NCBI GenBank assembly: GCA_046563655.1
Contig: CM102284.1
Span: 6,324,001-6,388,000 of the forward strand
Origin: Yuukianura sp. NJ FZ-2021
Taxonomy: Eukaryota
Length of the DNA: 64,000 nucleotides
Direction of reading: 5' to 3'
Below, piece after piece: positions 52,449 through 63,985 of this stretch. Every line of letters begins with the position of its first letter. Within the stretch, counting starts at the first letter, position 1. Below the pieces are notes generated by a model. The model was not told the DNA's origin. It was given only the letters and a program-made list of their open reading frames with translations, and did no database searches. The position numbers and the translations under genes were made by a program.

Positions 52449-54110
52449 ATGCCCTTTGACCTTGCAACTGAATCTACCCGCCTGGGGTCAAAGTTTGACC
52501 CGGGCATTCAAGTGCTCTATCCAGAAATTCTGGCGCATATTTTCCAGTTTCTGAGTGTGCGTGACCGTGGGCGGGCAGCAGCCGTTTGTAAACTGTGGTA
52601 CGAAGTGTCTCATGAAAAACGAATTTGGCGGGGAGTTGAAGCCAAGTTGCATCTCCGGTCACATTCGAATGTCAACCTCTGGACAAGTTTGCACCGCCGC
52701 GGTATCACGCGTGTCCAAGTCCTAAGTCTCAAAAGAAGCATCCGTGACCTTGTCAACGGTCTGCCAACCGTCACAACGTTAAGACTTTCTGGATGTTACT
52801 CCGTGACTGACGCTACGCTTAACTCGGCCTTCTCTCCTCCAACTGCAGTCCCCTCAGCTACAATCCAGCTTCCAAATCTCGTGACCCTTGACCTCTCACT
52901 GTGCAAACAAGTGACAGATCTCTCTTTAGCAAGGATTTCCCGGGCATCACCGAATTTGAAAACGCTAGAACTTGGCGGGTGTTGTCAAATTACTGATCGT
53001 GGACTACTTTTAGTCGCTTGGGGGTTGCGTAACCTTTGGCACTTGAACTTACGTTCATGTTATTTAATCACAGACACTGGAATTGGGTTTCTCGCTGGCG
53101 ATGTTACGCCAGCACATCTTCAAGAAACAAAATTTTATGAATTTTTGCTCAAATTGGATCTCCTGGAACCCGATCTCATCAAAAACGGTTCACTTCAAAA
53201 TTCAAAATCTGTTTCAAAAAATAGTTCAAAAACGATTTCGGCCAAATTCAGTGCCGCACAATGCTTTAGTGCCACTGCAGCGTCGAATCCCAAACGTTAC
53301 CGACTAGACTCATCTCAATGTTCAATTTGCCGGAAAGATTTGAGTAAAAACCGAAGTGTCAAATCAGCGTCATCTTCGTCTACTTACAAAGGAAACGGTG
53401 ATCGAAAGCGCAAAACGGCAGCGTTTGCAAGACTTTCAGCGATTGGTGAAACCGAACAGTTAAGCTTGCCGAAAATTGGACTGCAGACGAAGTTTGGAAC
53501 CACAGCGCTTAAATCCTTAGGTTTGCAAGACTGTCAGAAGCTGACTGACCTCAGTTTGTGTCACATCGGTGGGTCACCGGCAGGCATTCCTGGACTGGAA
53601 GCAATCAATTTAAGCTTCTGCATTAACTTAAGTGATGGAGGTCTAGGTCAACTGGCCCAACTTCCGAAATTGTCTGAAATCAATTTACGTTCTTGCGACA
53701 ACATTTCTAACGCTGGACTTTCAAATCTGCGTGACCTCGGGCCCACTTTGACCTCACTTGACATTTCATTTTGTGACAAAGTGAGAAATCCTGGTCTGAC
53801 GTCCATTTCCTGTTCTCTGACGAACATCAGAACACTGTCGCTATCAGCAACTGAAATTGGCGATACTGGACTGATTCAACTCGCCCAATGTCTCCAGAAC
53901 TTGACAGTACTCAACTTGGGTCAATGCACCAAGATCACTGATGCTTCACTCAAGGTCATTGCAGAAAAGTGTCAGAAGGTGGAGTTCATTGACCTCTACG
54001 GATGTACGGCCATTACTCGCGAAGGACTCAACCTAATCCTTGGAATGCCTAAAATTAAAAAATTGAATTTGGGCATTGAACCTTGGCCTTCGACTTCAAG
54101 TTGGTCCTGA
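52449..54110 (+). CDS. FBXL14: F-box/LRR protein 14 (Partner of paired), intronless, with a large internal insertion
   Basis: 'LYPEILAHIFQFLSVRDRGRAAAVC..W', 'WRGVEAKLHL', 'RRGI.RVQVLSL', 'LSLCKQVTD', 'LELGGCCQITD.GLLLVAWGL', 'LQDCQKLTD', 'IDLYGCT'. Confidence 0.93.
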   Translation: MPFDLATESTRLGSKFDPGIQVLYPEILAHIFQFLSVRDRGRAAAVCKLWYEVSHEKRIWRGVEAKLHLRSHSNVNLWTSLHRRGITRVQVLSLKRSIRDLVNGLPTVTTLRLSGCYSVTDATLNSAFSPPTAVPSATIQLPNLVTLDLSLCKQVTDLSLARISRASPNLKTLELGGCCQITDRGLLLVAWGLRNLWHLNLRSCYLITDTGIGFLAGDVTPAHLQETKFYEFLLKLDLLEPDLIKNGSLQNSKSVSKNSSKTISAKFSAAQCFSATAASNPKRYRLDSSQCSICRKDLSKNRSVKSASSSSTYKGNGDRKRKTAAFARLSAIGETEQLSLPKIGLQTKFGTTALKSLGLQDCQKLTDLSLCHIGGSPAGIPGLEAINLSFCINLSDGGLGQLAQLPKLSEINLRSCDNISNAGLSNLRDLGPTLTSLDISFCDKVRNPGLTSISCSLTNIRTLSLSATEIGDTGLIQLAQCLQNLTVLNLGQCTKITDASLKVIAEKCQKVEFIDLYGCTAITREGLNLILGMPKIKKLNLGIEPWPSTSSWS

Positions 54111-55946
54111 CCCGTCCGTCCCTTTTTAAAACTTTCAAAATTTTGAAAAAAAAAAGACACTTTTGAAAGCTACTTCAAAAACATCCCCATCAATCAAGTA
54201 AACTCCCACAGAAGACAATCTGTAAAACCCGAGCTTTGTTGTTAACTTTTGATTTTCCAAAAATTTGAAATCACTGATTTGTGAAATGCTGAATTTTTAA
54301 AAAATTATCAGGATTTTTGTAGTAGTTCTGAATGTTTTGCGTCAATTTGTTCAGCTCAAATGTGAAATTTTTCCAACATTGTTACTTTATTGCATAAAAG
54401 AATAAATTCCTTGTTATAAGAATAGGAACCGAAAATTTGTGAATTGTGGGAAAGAAAATCGGGTAAAACGTTACGTAAGAAATTTCGTTTTTTGAAATTT
54501 CGAATTTGTTCACTTTTTGATTTCTTCCATTATGAGTATTGTGTTTCTTTTTCTTTTTGTACAGTCAGTCCAATTCTGCAGGTATTGGATTTGAAATTTT
54601 GAAAAGAAAATTGTTCCATTTTGAGTTCAAAAAAGTATTGGAGAAGCAGGTTTTCTATTCTTTTTTTGAAAAACGAGTCAATTCTTGAGCTAGACATCCA
54701 AAAACTTCAAATTTTCCAAAGGATTTTGGATTTGTGGGATAGAAAAACGGTAAGGGCCAGAAAAGGGGCCCTCATGGGAAAATGGATATGGAAATTGGAG
54801 ACCCTGTCAGAATTTAGAAATTTAAAGTTTTTTTTTTGAAAAGGGCTCACTTGGAATTTAAGGGCCCTATTTTTTGAAACCGAAAAAAGAGACTTGAAGA
54901 AAATATTCTTTTCTTTCCATTTCGAACAGAGAGTCCCTTGGAGACTTAAGAAATTTCCAAGGGCCTTTACTTCAAGAAAAAAGAAATTGAAAAAGGGCTC
55001 ACCTTTTTCAAGGGATCTGTGGACCCTTAGAAAAAGAAAGTCAAGAAATTCTGGGTTCTGGTGGTGCCTTGATTATGATGATTCAGCAATACACGAAAAG
55101 GAAGAAATAACTATTCCAGCACCCTTCAGCCCAATATTTCAAAAAGATTTTGAAATTTTTGGGTTTTCAGAAAAAGAAAAGCATTTATAAAACTGTCATA
55201 ATTTTTGGAACTTCTTTCCTTTCATAAGACCGACGAATCTCTTCTCCTTCTACCTGCTCTGCTTAACAAAGAAATATAATTTCGGGGTCACGTTTAGGTC
55301 AGCAGGTCAGCACAGGTTGAAGGTTCCATTTATTATTTCTATTGATCAAAAATCTCATAAGTTTGAGGTACAGGCAATTCACAGGCAATTCGAATAATTT
55401 CTAAAGTAAATCTTCCCTCAAAAATTTCAAAATTCAAAAATTTAAAAAAAACTGGAATCACTGGAATACGATTTGTTATTTTTTTCAACTGGCGTTATAA
55501 TACTACCTGTGTTGCGGTTCTGAAATGTGTCAAGTAAAAATCTCAAACGTAATTTTAAACTTTAGCTTTACGCTAAAGTAAAACAAAACCAATTTATTTC
55601 AATTTAATTAAGTAATTAAAATTAAATTAACCAATAAATTAATTAATACACACATAAAGAATTTGGTTAGTCTAAGAAACTTACCTTGCTTGGCGTCCTT
55701 TTGGAGAAAGCGCGGGAATTCTTTTGAATTTGTCCCACAACAGGTGATCAGCTGTCAAAAAATAGTTTCATCTTTTTGATCAGCTGCTAAACAAGAAAAC
55801 GAGCAATTAATTTAGTTTGTTGGTAATTAATTGACTTAATTGAGGACTCTATTGATTCATCAGTTGTGTATTTAAGTCATTCCTGGTTGTATTTAGTGAT
55901 CCGTCGATTGACACACATTTGGAGCTGTCTAAAAGACGAGTTCCAG

Positions 55947-57411
55947 ATGACTATTTTTCGACTGGTACCGAAAGGTCGTTTCGGTCGAGCTAGTTTTGCT
56001 TACACATTGCTATTTGTTTGTGTTGTTATTTATTTTGAATTGTTTCAAGTCTGGACAAATGCTTACAGTTGGTCACTGGTATCACTCGACGATAAGGACA
56101 TCAAGATACTCCTTGTTGCGGATCCACAATTACTTGGGGAACATGGAGAAATGCCACTGATTGGTGTCTTTACTCGATGGCATGCTGATCGGTAAACTAC
56201 TGCGTTGACCTTCGGAGAAGAATAAAGGACAGTTATAAAGTTTATTGATGTGGATTTTGGAATTTTACAGATATGTAGCTCAAAATTATCGAGCTGCAAT
56301 GTACCGAGTCAAGCCAGACATAGTGATATTCCAGGGGGACCTGTTTGATGAAGGATCAACTGCTACAGAACTGGAGGCTGCAAGATACTTGAAAAGATTT
56401 CATTCAGTATTCCAACTAAAGGAGTATTCTCGTGATGATGATGTAAGGGTTGACACTGCACAGATACTCGTTGATTCTTCCGCTGACACTTCGGTTTCTT
56501 AATTTTTATCTTATCTTTTTGTTTACAGAAGTTGATGTACATCTTTTTACCCGGTGACAACGATGTTGGAGGCGAAGGAACAGAAAAAATTAGACAGGAC
56601 AAACTTCTGTGGTTCAATTCGTCTGTTGGTGACTTCCGTTCTCCTGTATTCTACCAAAAAGCCAACCTCGATCTCAAGTTTTTACAAGTACAACAAGAAC
56701 ATTCGTGTCAAAACGAAATCTATTTTGATTTTTGAGTTTTTCATAAAAATTTTGTTATCTCAGAAAAATTTCCTGTTTCCGCAAGTGGCCGAGGACCTTT
56801 TACCGGATAATGAAACGACACTGCCAACATTCCATCATCGCCTAACCTTTGTCCTGAGCCACTACCCTTGCTTACAAGCGTATGGACGATGTTCTGAATT
56901 CCTAACTGCCAGGAAACCAACTGCTTTTCTATCTTCCCACACTCATAAATCCACTTATCATCAGTACAATTCCGAAGGGAAGCTTCAGTACATTCTTCCA
57001 GAGCTGTTCAAGCCTGGAACCGATCCCATTGACGGCACGATTGAAGCAGCTCAGAAAATGGGACTTCAATTGACACGAAGTTCACTCAAGATTGATTTCC
57101 GGCAACCAGGATCTCTTTTCCACGAAATCGTCACACCAACGTGTTCTTATCGAATGGGAGAACGCCACCCTGGTATTGGTCTTCTCACTATCAATTCTTC
57201 CGGTGATTTCGCCCAGTATCAAGTCCTTTGGCTACCAAACGGATTCAAGCCTCTCTACGTTTACATTACATTTTATATTCTGTCTAAAGTCTTGTTCACA
57301 CCATGGATATTTTGGAAACTTTTACTTTGCTTTTGGCCAAGGCTAAAACGTTTCCTTAATATCAAAGATGACCACAGAAACGTTTCACCTGAAAAGACAC
57401 ATCTAGTTTGA
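55947..57411 (+). CDS. MPPE1/Cdc1-family membrane-anchored metallophosphoesterase (GDND variant), 4 exons
   Basis: N-terminal TM helix, 'LLVADPQLLG', 'GDLFDEG', 'PGDNDVG', 'SHYP', 'SSHTH', 'PTCSYRMG', C-terminal TM helix. Confidence 0.85.
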
Positions 57412-57789
57412 TATTTATTTAAAATTTAAAAATTATTTAAATGCACAAATTAAGTTTTTAGTAGATCAATATATCATGTATATTGAATGATGATTGAAGA
57501 ATAAATGAGTGGAAATACAAAGTAATTTGAATTTCTTGCATTGGAAAGATTTACCAATTTTGATTTGAAACAGAAATTTTGATTTTGATTTTAGCAGGTC
57601 ACCTATTAAGCTCTGTGTGTATAAGAAGGTGCGTCAGTAAAAATAAAAGTTTAGAAATTCCGAAACTGAAAAAGAAAAAGAAAATTTTACTGTAACTAAA
57701 TGCCAAGTGAAATTTATTTATTTTCTTCCATGAAGTTTTAAAGAAGGGAATGCGGGATAACATACGTGACGTCACAAAGTGAGAGTGAG

Positions 57790-58000
57790 TGACGTCACAA
57801 AAAAGTTGAAAAAAGGGGCGAACCTTTTTGCTCCGCATAATCTCCGCATAGCATCTGGCCAAAATCGAGGGTCTAGTTTTTAGACAGCAGTCTGCACGAC
57901 GCGAAAAATCAATACAAATCACACCGTTGCTTTGCAGCAACTGACACTCACTGTCTACGAATTCGGCGTTATAAATTAGTTTTTCTTAATTAGCGTACTA
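57790..58000. repeat. Dispersed repeat E (partner of 51187-51400)
   Basis: Direct match to 51187-51400; core 'taatctccgcatagc' is also shared with repeat copies A and B. Confidence 0.85.
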
Positions 58001-59136
58001 GCACTATATTTATAATCCATAATTTATATTGTTATGTTCTTGTTTTGAATACAATTAACGGATGGGCGAGACTCGTATTTTCCGTAAATCAGTAATTTAC
58101 TGATTTCATATTTTCTTATTTACGATTACTACCTCAGCTTTCATCTTATGAGAATGACTCACATTTTAGCTTAATCGATGGACTCTAAATCATAGTCCGT
58201 GTCGGTTGATAGCTGATGCCAAAGGTCAAGAGACAATGCACACCAAAGTAAGTTCCTTATTGCAAGAATGATTGTGTTAAACTACTAATTGAAATACTAA
58301 TTGTTAGGTTAACGAAATTAATTTTACAGTGACTTTTCATGTGGATTGAGAGGTCAGGAGTCAAGATCCGGAACCTACGTCGAACATGGCACCGTCACGG
58401 ACATTTGGTTTCGACTCTTTCTGTATTATGCGCTTGTCATTGCAATTTTTTTCAACTAACATGATTTTAACATTAGTTTGTAAATTGTAACATGATTTTT
58501 CGCCAATTTTGGAGTGCTTGCTACTGGGCGTGACCTTTTGACCTTTAATAACTTTGGCTGTCGATTCTGGACTAACAACTGTGTGTGAATCAAGAATTGC
58601 ATGATATTTTGTAAGTTTGTAGTTTATGAATTTTGTGCTTGATTGATTTGTGACAAAAATTTTGAGTAAAAAATGCTTTGTTTTTGGAAAAAAAAATATT
58701 GTTTTTGCCTGAAACAACCAAATATTTGTCAATATTTGGTTAAGTTTAATTCATTTCCTTGATAATTTGAGTAATCGAGGAATCTAGCCAAGATCGCATT
58801 CGTAGCACCGTGACGAATTGATGCCAAGGGACAATGGACATGAGACATTGTGTCACTGCCACGCACTTGATGCGTCTTAATCGCCTCCGAACCAATCACC
58901 TATCGACTCTAAACACTTTAATTTGACCGAACAAATCTAATTTCCTCTCAGAATCAATGTCTTCCGCAATTCAACATTTTTTGTGCTTCGGCAGTACAAT
59001 TGCAATGGATTCAGCAGTAGTTGTTCACATAATGGCAAATCGACAACATTTTGGGCTGGTACCACAACCATACGCACGCCCTATCATCACTGGTCCGTCG
59101 TTTAGCAAGTGACCATGAAATATCAACCATCACTAG

Positions 59137-59143
59137 TATAAAA
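59137..59143 (+). promoter_or_regulatory. TATA box of the Gly-rich protein gene
   Basis: TATAAAA ~100 bp upstream of ATG 59235. Confidence 0.6.
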
Positions 59144-59234
59144 TGCTCAGACAAAATTCAAATCAACATCACAAATCCAAAACCAACTAAAACTCAACTT
59201 CCAAAGTTTTCCAAAAACGCAAAAACTGCTCAAA

Positions 59235-59749
59235 ATGATCAAATCATTGGTAAGTTTTGCTAAAAATAGAAAATTTTAGCATTTTTGAAATTTGAGCTTC
59301 TGAAGTTTCAAAAAACAATATGGATTTTCATAATTTTGTAAAAATTTTAGACGCTGATTGTTGTCCTGAGCGTGTTGGCTCATGCCTTCGCTGCCAGCGT
59401 ACCAGAAAAGGAAGCTGGAAAGGACTTGGACACTGCCAACAGCTTCGGACTTGGTTACGGTCTTGGTTACGGTGGTTACGGAGGTTATGGAGGTGGTTAC
59501 GGACTCGGATTGGGCTACGGAGGTAACTCCCCATATTTTGAAACATTTTCTACAAAATTTTGACAATTTGGCAACACATTTCAAAATTTCAGGATTCGGT
59601 TATGGCGGACTCGGAGGATTCGGTGGTGGTCTTGGCTATGGTAACTAATTTGAAACTTAAAATAAATTGAGTTAATTAAATTTTGCTAATTAACGATTGC
59701 AATTAAATCTTAAGGTGGTTATGGAGGTTATGGACTCTATGGACGCTAA
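59235..59749 (+). CDS. Small secreted Gly/Tyr-rich protein (GGY/GGL repeats; cuticular or antimicrobial type), 4 exons
   Basis: 'MIKSL|TLIVVLSVLAHAFAASVPEKEAGKDLDTANSFGLGYGLGYGGYGGYGGGYGLGLGYGG|FGYGGLGGFGGGLGYG|GYGGYGLYGR*'. Confidence 0.85.
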
Positions 59750-60192
59750 AAACCGTTTGCCAACGAACACTCCAATATCGCTTACCTTTGGACTCTTTTT
59801 GTATTCCTGGACAACTTACAACTTAATTAACTTTAAAATTAACTCAATTCGATACACTTTGTTCTAAATTATTTTTCTACCGAATTGGCAATTTTTTACG
59901 AACAAGCAATAAAACTTGTACTTAAGAATTTAAAACATACATAATCCAAATTGAATTTCGATATCGAATTTTCTGAAAACAAAACTCCAAAAAAGTAAAA
60001 ACGCTGTTCAATAGCGAAAGTTGCTGAAATTTCACAATGAAGAGAATTTTTTAGACAAAATCTGTGAAACAATGAAAATTCGCTTTTCGAAGTGACTCAA
60101 AATTTAATAAAACGCGATTCAACTTAAGCAAAATTTGAAAAATGTTCAACAATGTTTGCTAAACTTTTATTCGAAAAGTTTTCCAACCAGAG

Positions 60193-62837
60193 TCAACTGC
60201 TTATGCTTCTGCGTTTTCTCAAGGTTTGATCGAGGAAGTTGTCAATGAAGTCTCTGAATTTCATGACTCTCGTAAATACAGTGTAATACCTGTATAAAAC
60301 ATATATATTTTAATATATTATATTAAATTAATTGGTTTTAATATATGAATTATTCATATTTCAAACCCACTTTGGATCACAGCCTCCCCCTCTCTTTGCA
60401 ACTCCTGCACTCACAATTCCGTAGATCGTCCACCTTTTCGTAGTGTCCAAAAATACTAATCCACCACCCGAATCTCCGTCACATGGAGAAGTTCCTAGTA
60501 ATTCACAAAATAAGGTCAAAGGTCAAAGTGGCCTCAAGGTCAAAGGTCAAACTGGGACAAAGGTCAAATTGAGGTCAAATTTTTTCCTACCGTTTCTGTA
60601 GCCAGCACAGAATGAATCTGCTTTCACAAGCGCTTCTAAAGACGGATGAGCACTCTGACATTCCTTGAAACTTTTAACAGGCAAATTCGCTTCTTGCAAT
60701 TCATCCGGGTATCGGTCATCCGAGTACCGACCCCAACCGACCAACTTTTTCAAAAATCAAAATTTTGAAATTGAAAATCATCAATAAAATTAAGCTTTTT
60801 GAAAACCAACAGTTCTAAAGAACTTACAGTTCCAACGTCTCCAGCTTCCAAGTCTCCCTCAGTTGGGAGACAAACGATTTGAACTCTCTCGGTTATATCC
60901 AGAGGCTGGAGAAAGAAAAATTCTGATTTTGAACCAAAAAATTTCGAAAATTAGTGTTTTTTTTTTCAAAAATTTTGCTTACTTCGATGTGAATCATAGC
61001 AATATCGGAGGCGAATGTTTGTGAACTGTAGTACGGGTTGACCTTGATGTCAATCGGTCGTCGTTCTTGTACAAATTCATCATTTTTCCTAAGGTGACGA
61101 TAGTACTTGCCAAAGAACAGTCGAATATCCTTCTTCACCTTTCCATCTCTAGTGGAAACGCAATGGGCCGCTGCAAAATTAGGCAAATTACAAAAATGTA
61201 GAATTCCAAAATTTTAAATTTCAAAATTTTGAATTTTTTGTTTCAATTCTCTCCTAACCCGTGAGAACTGTTCTTGTGGAAATGACCGTTCCACCACAAA
61301 AGTAAACCCACTTTCCAGAATTTGGTGGATCTTGATGGTACAGCCTGCAAAATTAAAACGGATTTTTCAAAACTGAAATTTCGAAATTTTATTTTGAAAA
61401 AATGTACCCAACATGCCAAGGCCACTTTCCAATTTGAGATGTGGTTCCGCCAGTGATCAATCCCACGGTCTGTCTACCGCCTTTTCCACAGTCCGGAACG
61501 CAGTTCCATTTTGCATTTCGTTTTGTCCAGCTCCCATTTTTGCACATGCGCCGTGAAATTTTTGGTGGTTGGGTAACAGTGAAGTGCTGCTTGCATCTAC
61601 AAGTTTTTTTGAAATTTTGTTCCAAAGTTCAAAATTTTGAAAGATTTGACTTTTAGAAGCAGAATATTACTCGTAACTGGCCACAGTTCCATTGGCAGCA
61701 GGAAGGTAACAGTCAACTTCCCTATTGCGGAGCATACATTTGACCTTGACCCCCTCTTCTTCCTCAAGGGGTTCGCAGGTCAATGACCCCAAGGAGGGGG
61801 GTTCGATGTTCACGGGGGTTTTGGGGGGTTGAGCAGGGGCGGGGGGTTTCGGTTCTGGAGGGGGGCGGGGAGGGGGAGTATTTGAAGGTCGCGGTTTACT
61901 TGCAGGTCGTGTTGGTCGTGGCCTTGAAGGTTGCTGATGACCTTGACCTTGACCTGGTTTATTTCCAGCTGGAATGACATTTGGAGCTGGCCTAAAAATA
62001 ATTATTATTTTTATTTATATTGAATTACAAAAACAAAAGCTCTTGAAATCTTTTTGGGCATTTTAAATATCTTGAAAAGTTTACTTGAGTCCTGAATTTC
62101 CGCACAAATCGGACGCCTCATCACTAAAATTAAGATTAAAGTTTGAATTAAAATAATTATTTGAACAAAATGAATTTTAATATATTAAATTAGTATGAAT
62201 TACTTAAAATTCATTATTTATATACTTGCCTTCCACCATCGCAGTCAACTTCGCCGTTACACACCAAGTTCCTGGCTATGCATCCACCGTAGCGACACCG
62301 GAAGAACTTGCGCTGACTTAGAAACAAAAAATAGATTTTAAAAATATACAAATACTTATTAATTAATTAACTAAATTAATTAACTTTCTTACTCCCCACA
62401 GTCCGTATTGAGGTCCTTCTTCTTGCAGTCCCAGCTTTCATCTTCTCCAGAGGGACAGTCAGGAATGCCTTTCAAGAATAATATTATGTATAATTAAGTA
62501 TATTAATATAATATATATTTTAAATAATATGTATATAATATAAATGATACACTTCAGAATTACACGGTTCCCTCACTTTGCCTCACTTGAAGCTAACGTA
62601 ACAAACTCACCATTGCACAGTTTTTCAGTCTTGAGACAAGCACTCCCATCACTGCATCTGTACTCTTGGAATTTGCATCTTGGACGTGTCTCTCCGCTAT
62701 TTTCTGAATCATTTTTCAAAAAGTGCTCAAAATTTTGATAATTTTCCAAAACACAATAGGTTTTTACCTACAACAGTTCCAATGAGCCCAATAACAGAGA
62801 AATGGAACACTAAAATGTACGTGGGACTTGAACGCAT
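60193..62837 (-). CDS. Modular serine protease (ModSP/HP14-like): signal peptide, LDLa repeats, Pro/Thr linker, sushi-like module and protease domain
   Basis: LDLa '[33 protein letters not shown]' and 'FRCRYGGCIARNLVCNGEVDC'; activation site 'CGKGGRQTVGL/ITGG'; triad motifs 'AAHC', 'SDIA', 'GDSGGG'; TGA at 60195-60193. Confidence 0.85.
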
Positions 62838-63818
62838 TGTTTAGAACTTTCTCCAGAAGAACGAAAAACTTTCACATTTCCACTGTCAGTTGCTGAAACT
62901 CAAAATTTCAACGTCCATGGTTTTCAAAATTTTAATTCTACAAAACACGGAAAAAAGTTTAATGAAATTTTGAAACTTGAAGTTATTTGAGTTTAATGAT
63001 AATTAAAAACTAGTTTTGTCGGCTCTACGTAGTAGAATTAAAACTGAGAGTTCCTGGAATTGGGCATGGGGTGAAACTACGTCAGTTCAGACCCCGAAGG
63101 GGATGAACATCAGAAATTTACCCCCAAGAATAACGAAAACCCACCCCAACGATTTAGACAAGTTTTGCTTTTAATTTATTCTTAAACGAAAAATGAAGGA
63201 ATTGGTTTTGCAATTTCAGAGTTAGCAAAACTCCCTGGGCAAGTGGGTGGGTGGGGATTAATAATCCCCATGAAATCTTACCTCCGATTTCATAAAATCA
63301 GAAGCCAAAGAATTGTTAAGTTACCACTTTTTCCAAAGTGGTAACTTTGTGCACTTTGTGCTTTTTAAAGTGCACGTGAATTCTAAAAAAGAAGCGAAAT
63401 TTGCCTAATTTATTAAAAAATTTATTTTACAAGTTTAGGTTAGTTATGTTATGTTAAAGCTGACCCTTAAGACGTAAGCGGGTGGATTATTGCAAACTTG
63501 GTCAACTTTTTTTTTTGCACTAAACGAAACGAGAATGATCATAAAGTATGAAGTCAGTAAATTTTTAGTGTTATACTCAGCACTATTGATTTGTCTAACT
63601 GCTGATTTTGCAAAAATTTTAAAATTGTGGCAAAACCGGTTTTCCTAAAGAATTATAAAAGTCTTCTTCATTTTTATAAACACAACCTTTTTACTTTGTT
63701 TTTGAGTCGATGAACAACAACAAAGATTCAATTGACCATTTTAAGACTAAAGGAGATGGTTGACGGAGGAACTGGTTGCCAGTGATAATCTGTTGCCACC
63801 TTTTCAAAACAAACAAAG

Positions 63819-63985
63819 ATGAATTCACCGGAAATTCTCAAGTTATTGAATTTACTTTTTTACAAAAAGAAAGCTGCGAATCATAAACTTGTGCAGCCAA
63901 AAGAGGTGAAAAAGAAATTTAAAAATGGACATCGTGAGAAACTGGATTACGTTGAAATTGGGACTGCAAGTACCTCAACCAGAGG
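63819..63985 (+). other. Possible first coding exon of a gene continuing beyond the window
   Basis: ATG-initiated open frame (MNSPEILKLL...STSTR) ending at an AGG|GTAAG donor at the window edge; no homology recognised. Confidence 0.25.

Noticed and set aside
61777-61789. Canonical EcRE-like IR1 AGGTCAATGACCC
   Set aside because: It lies inside a coding exon and AGGTCA words are frequent in this window, so chance cannot be excluded.
63971-63980. TACCTCAACC resembling the MITE right end
   Set aside because: Only a 10-bp match, with no partner TIR or subterminal repeats nearby.
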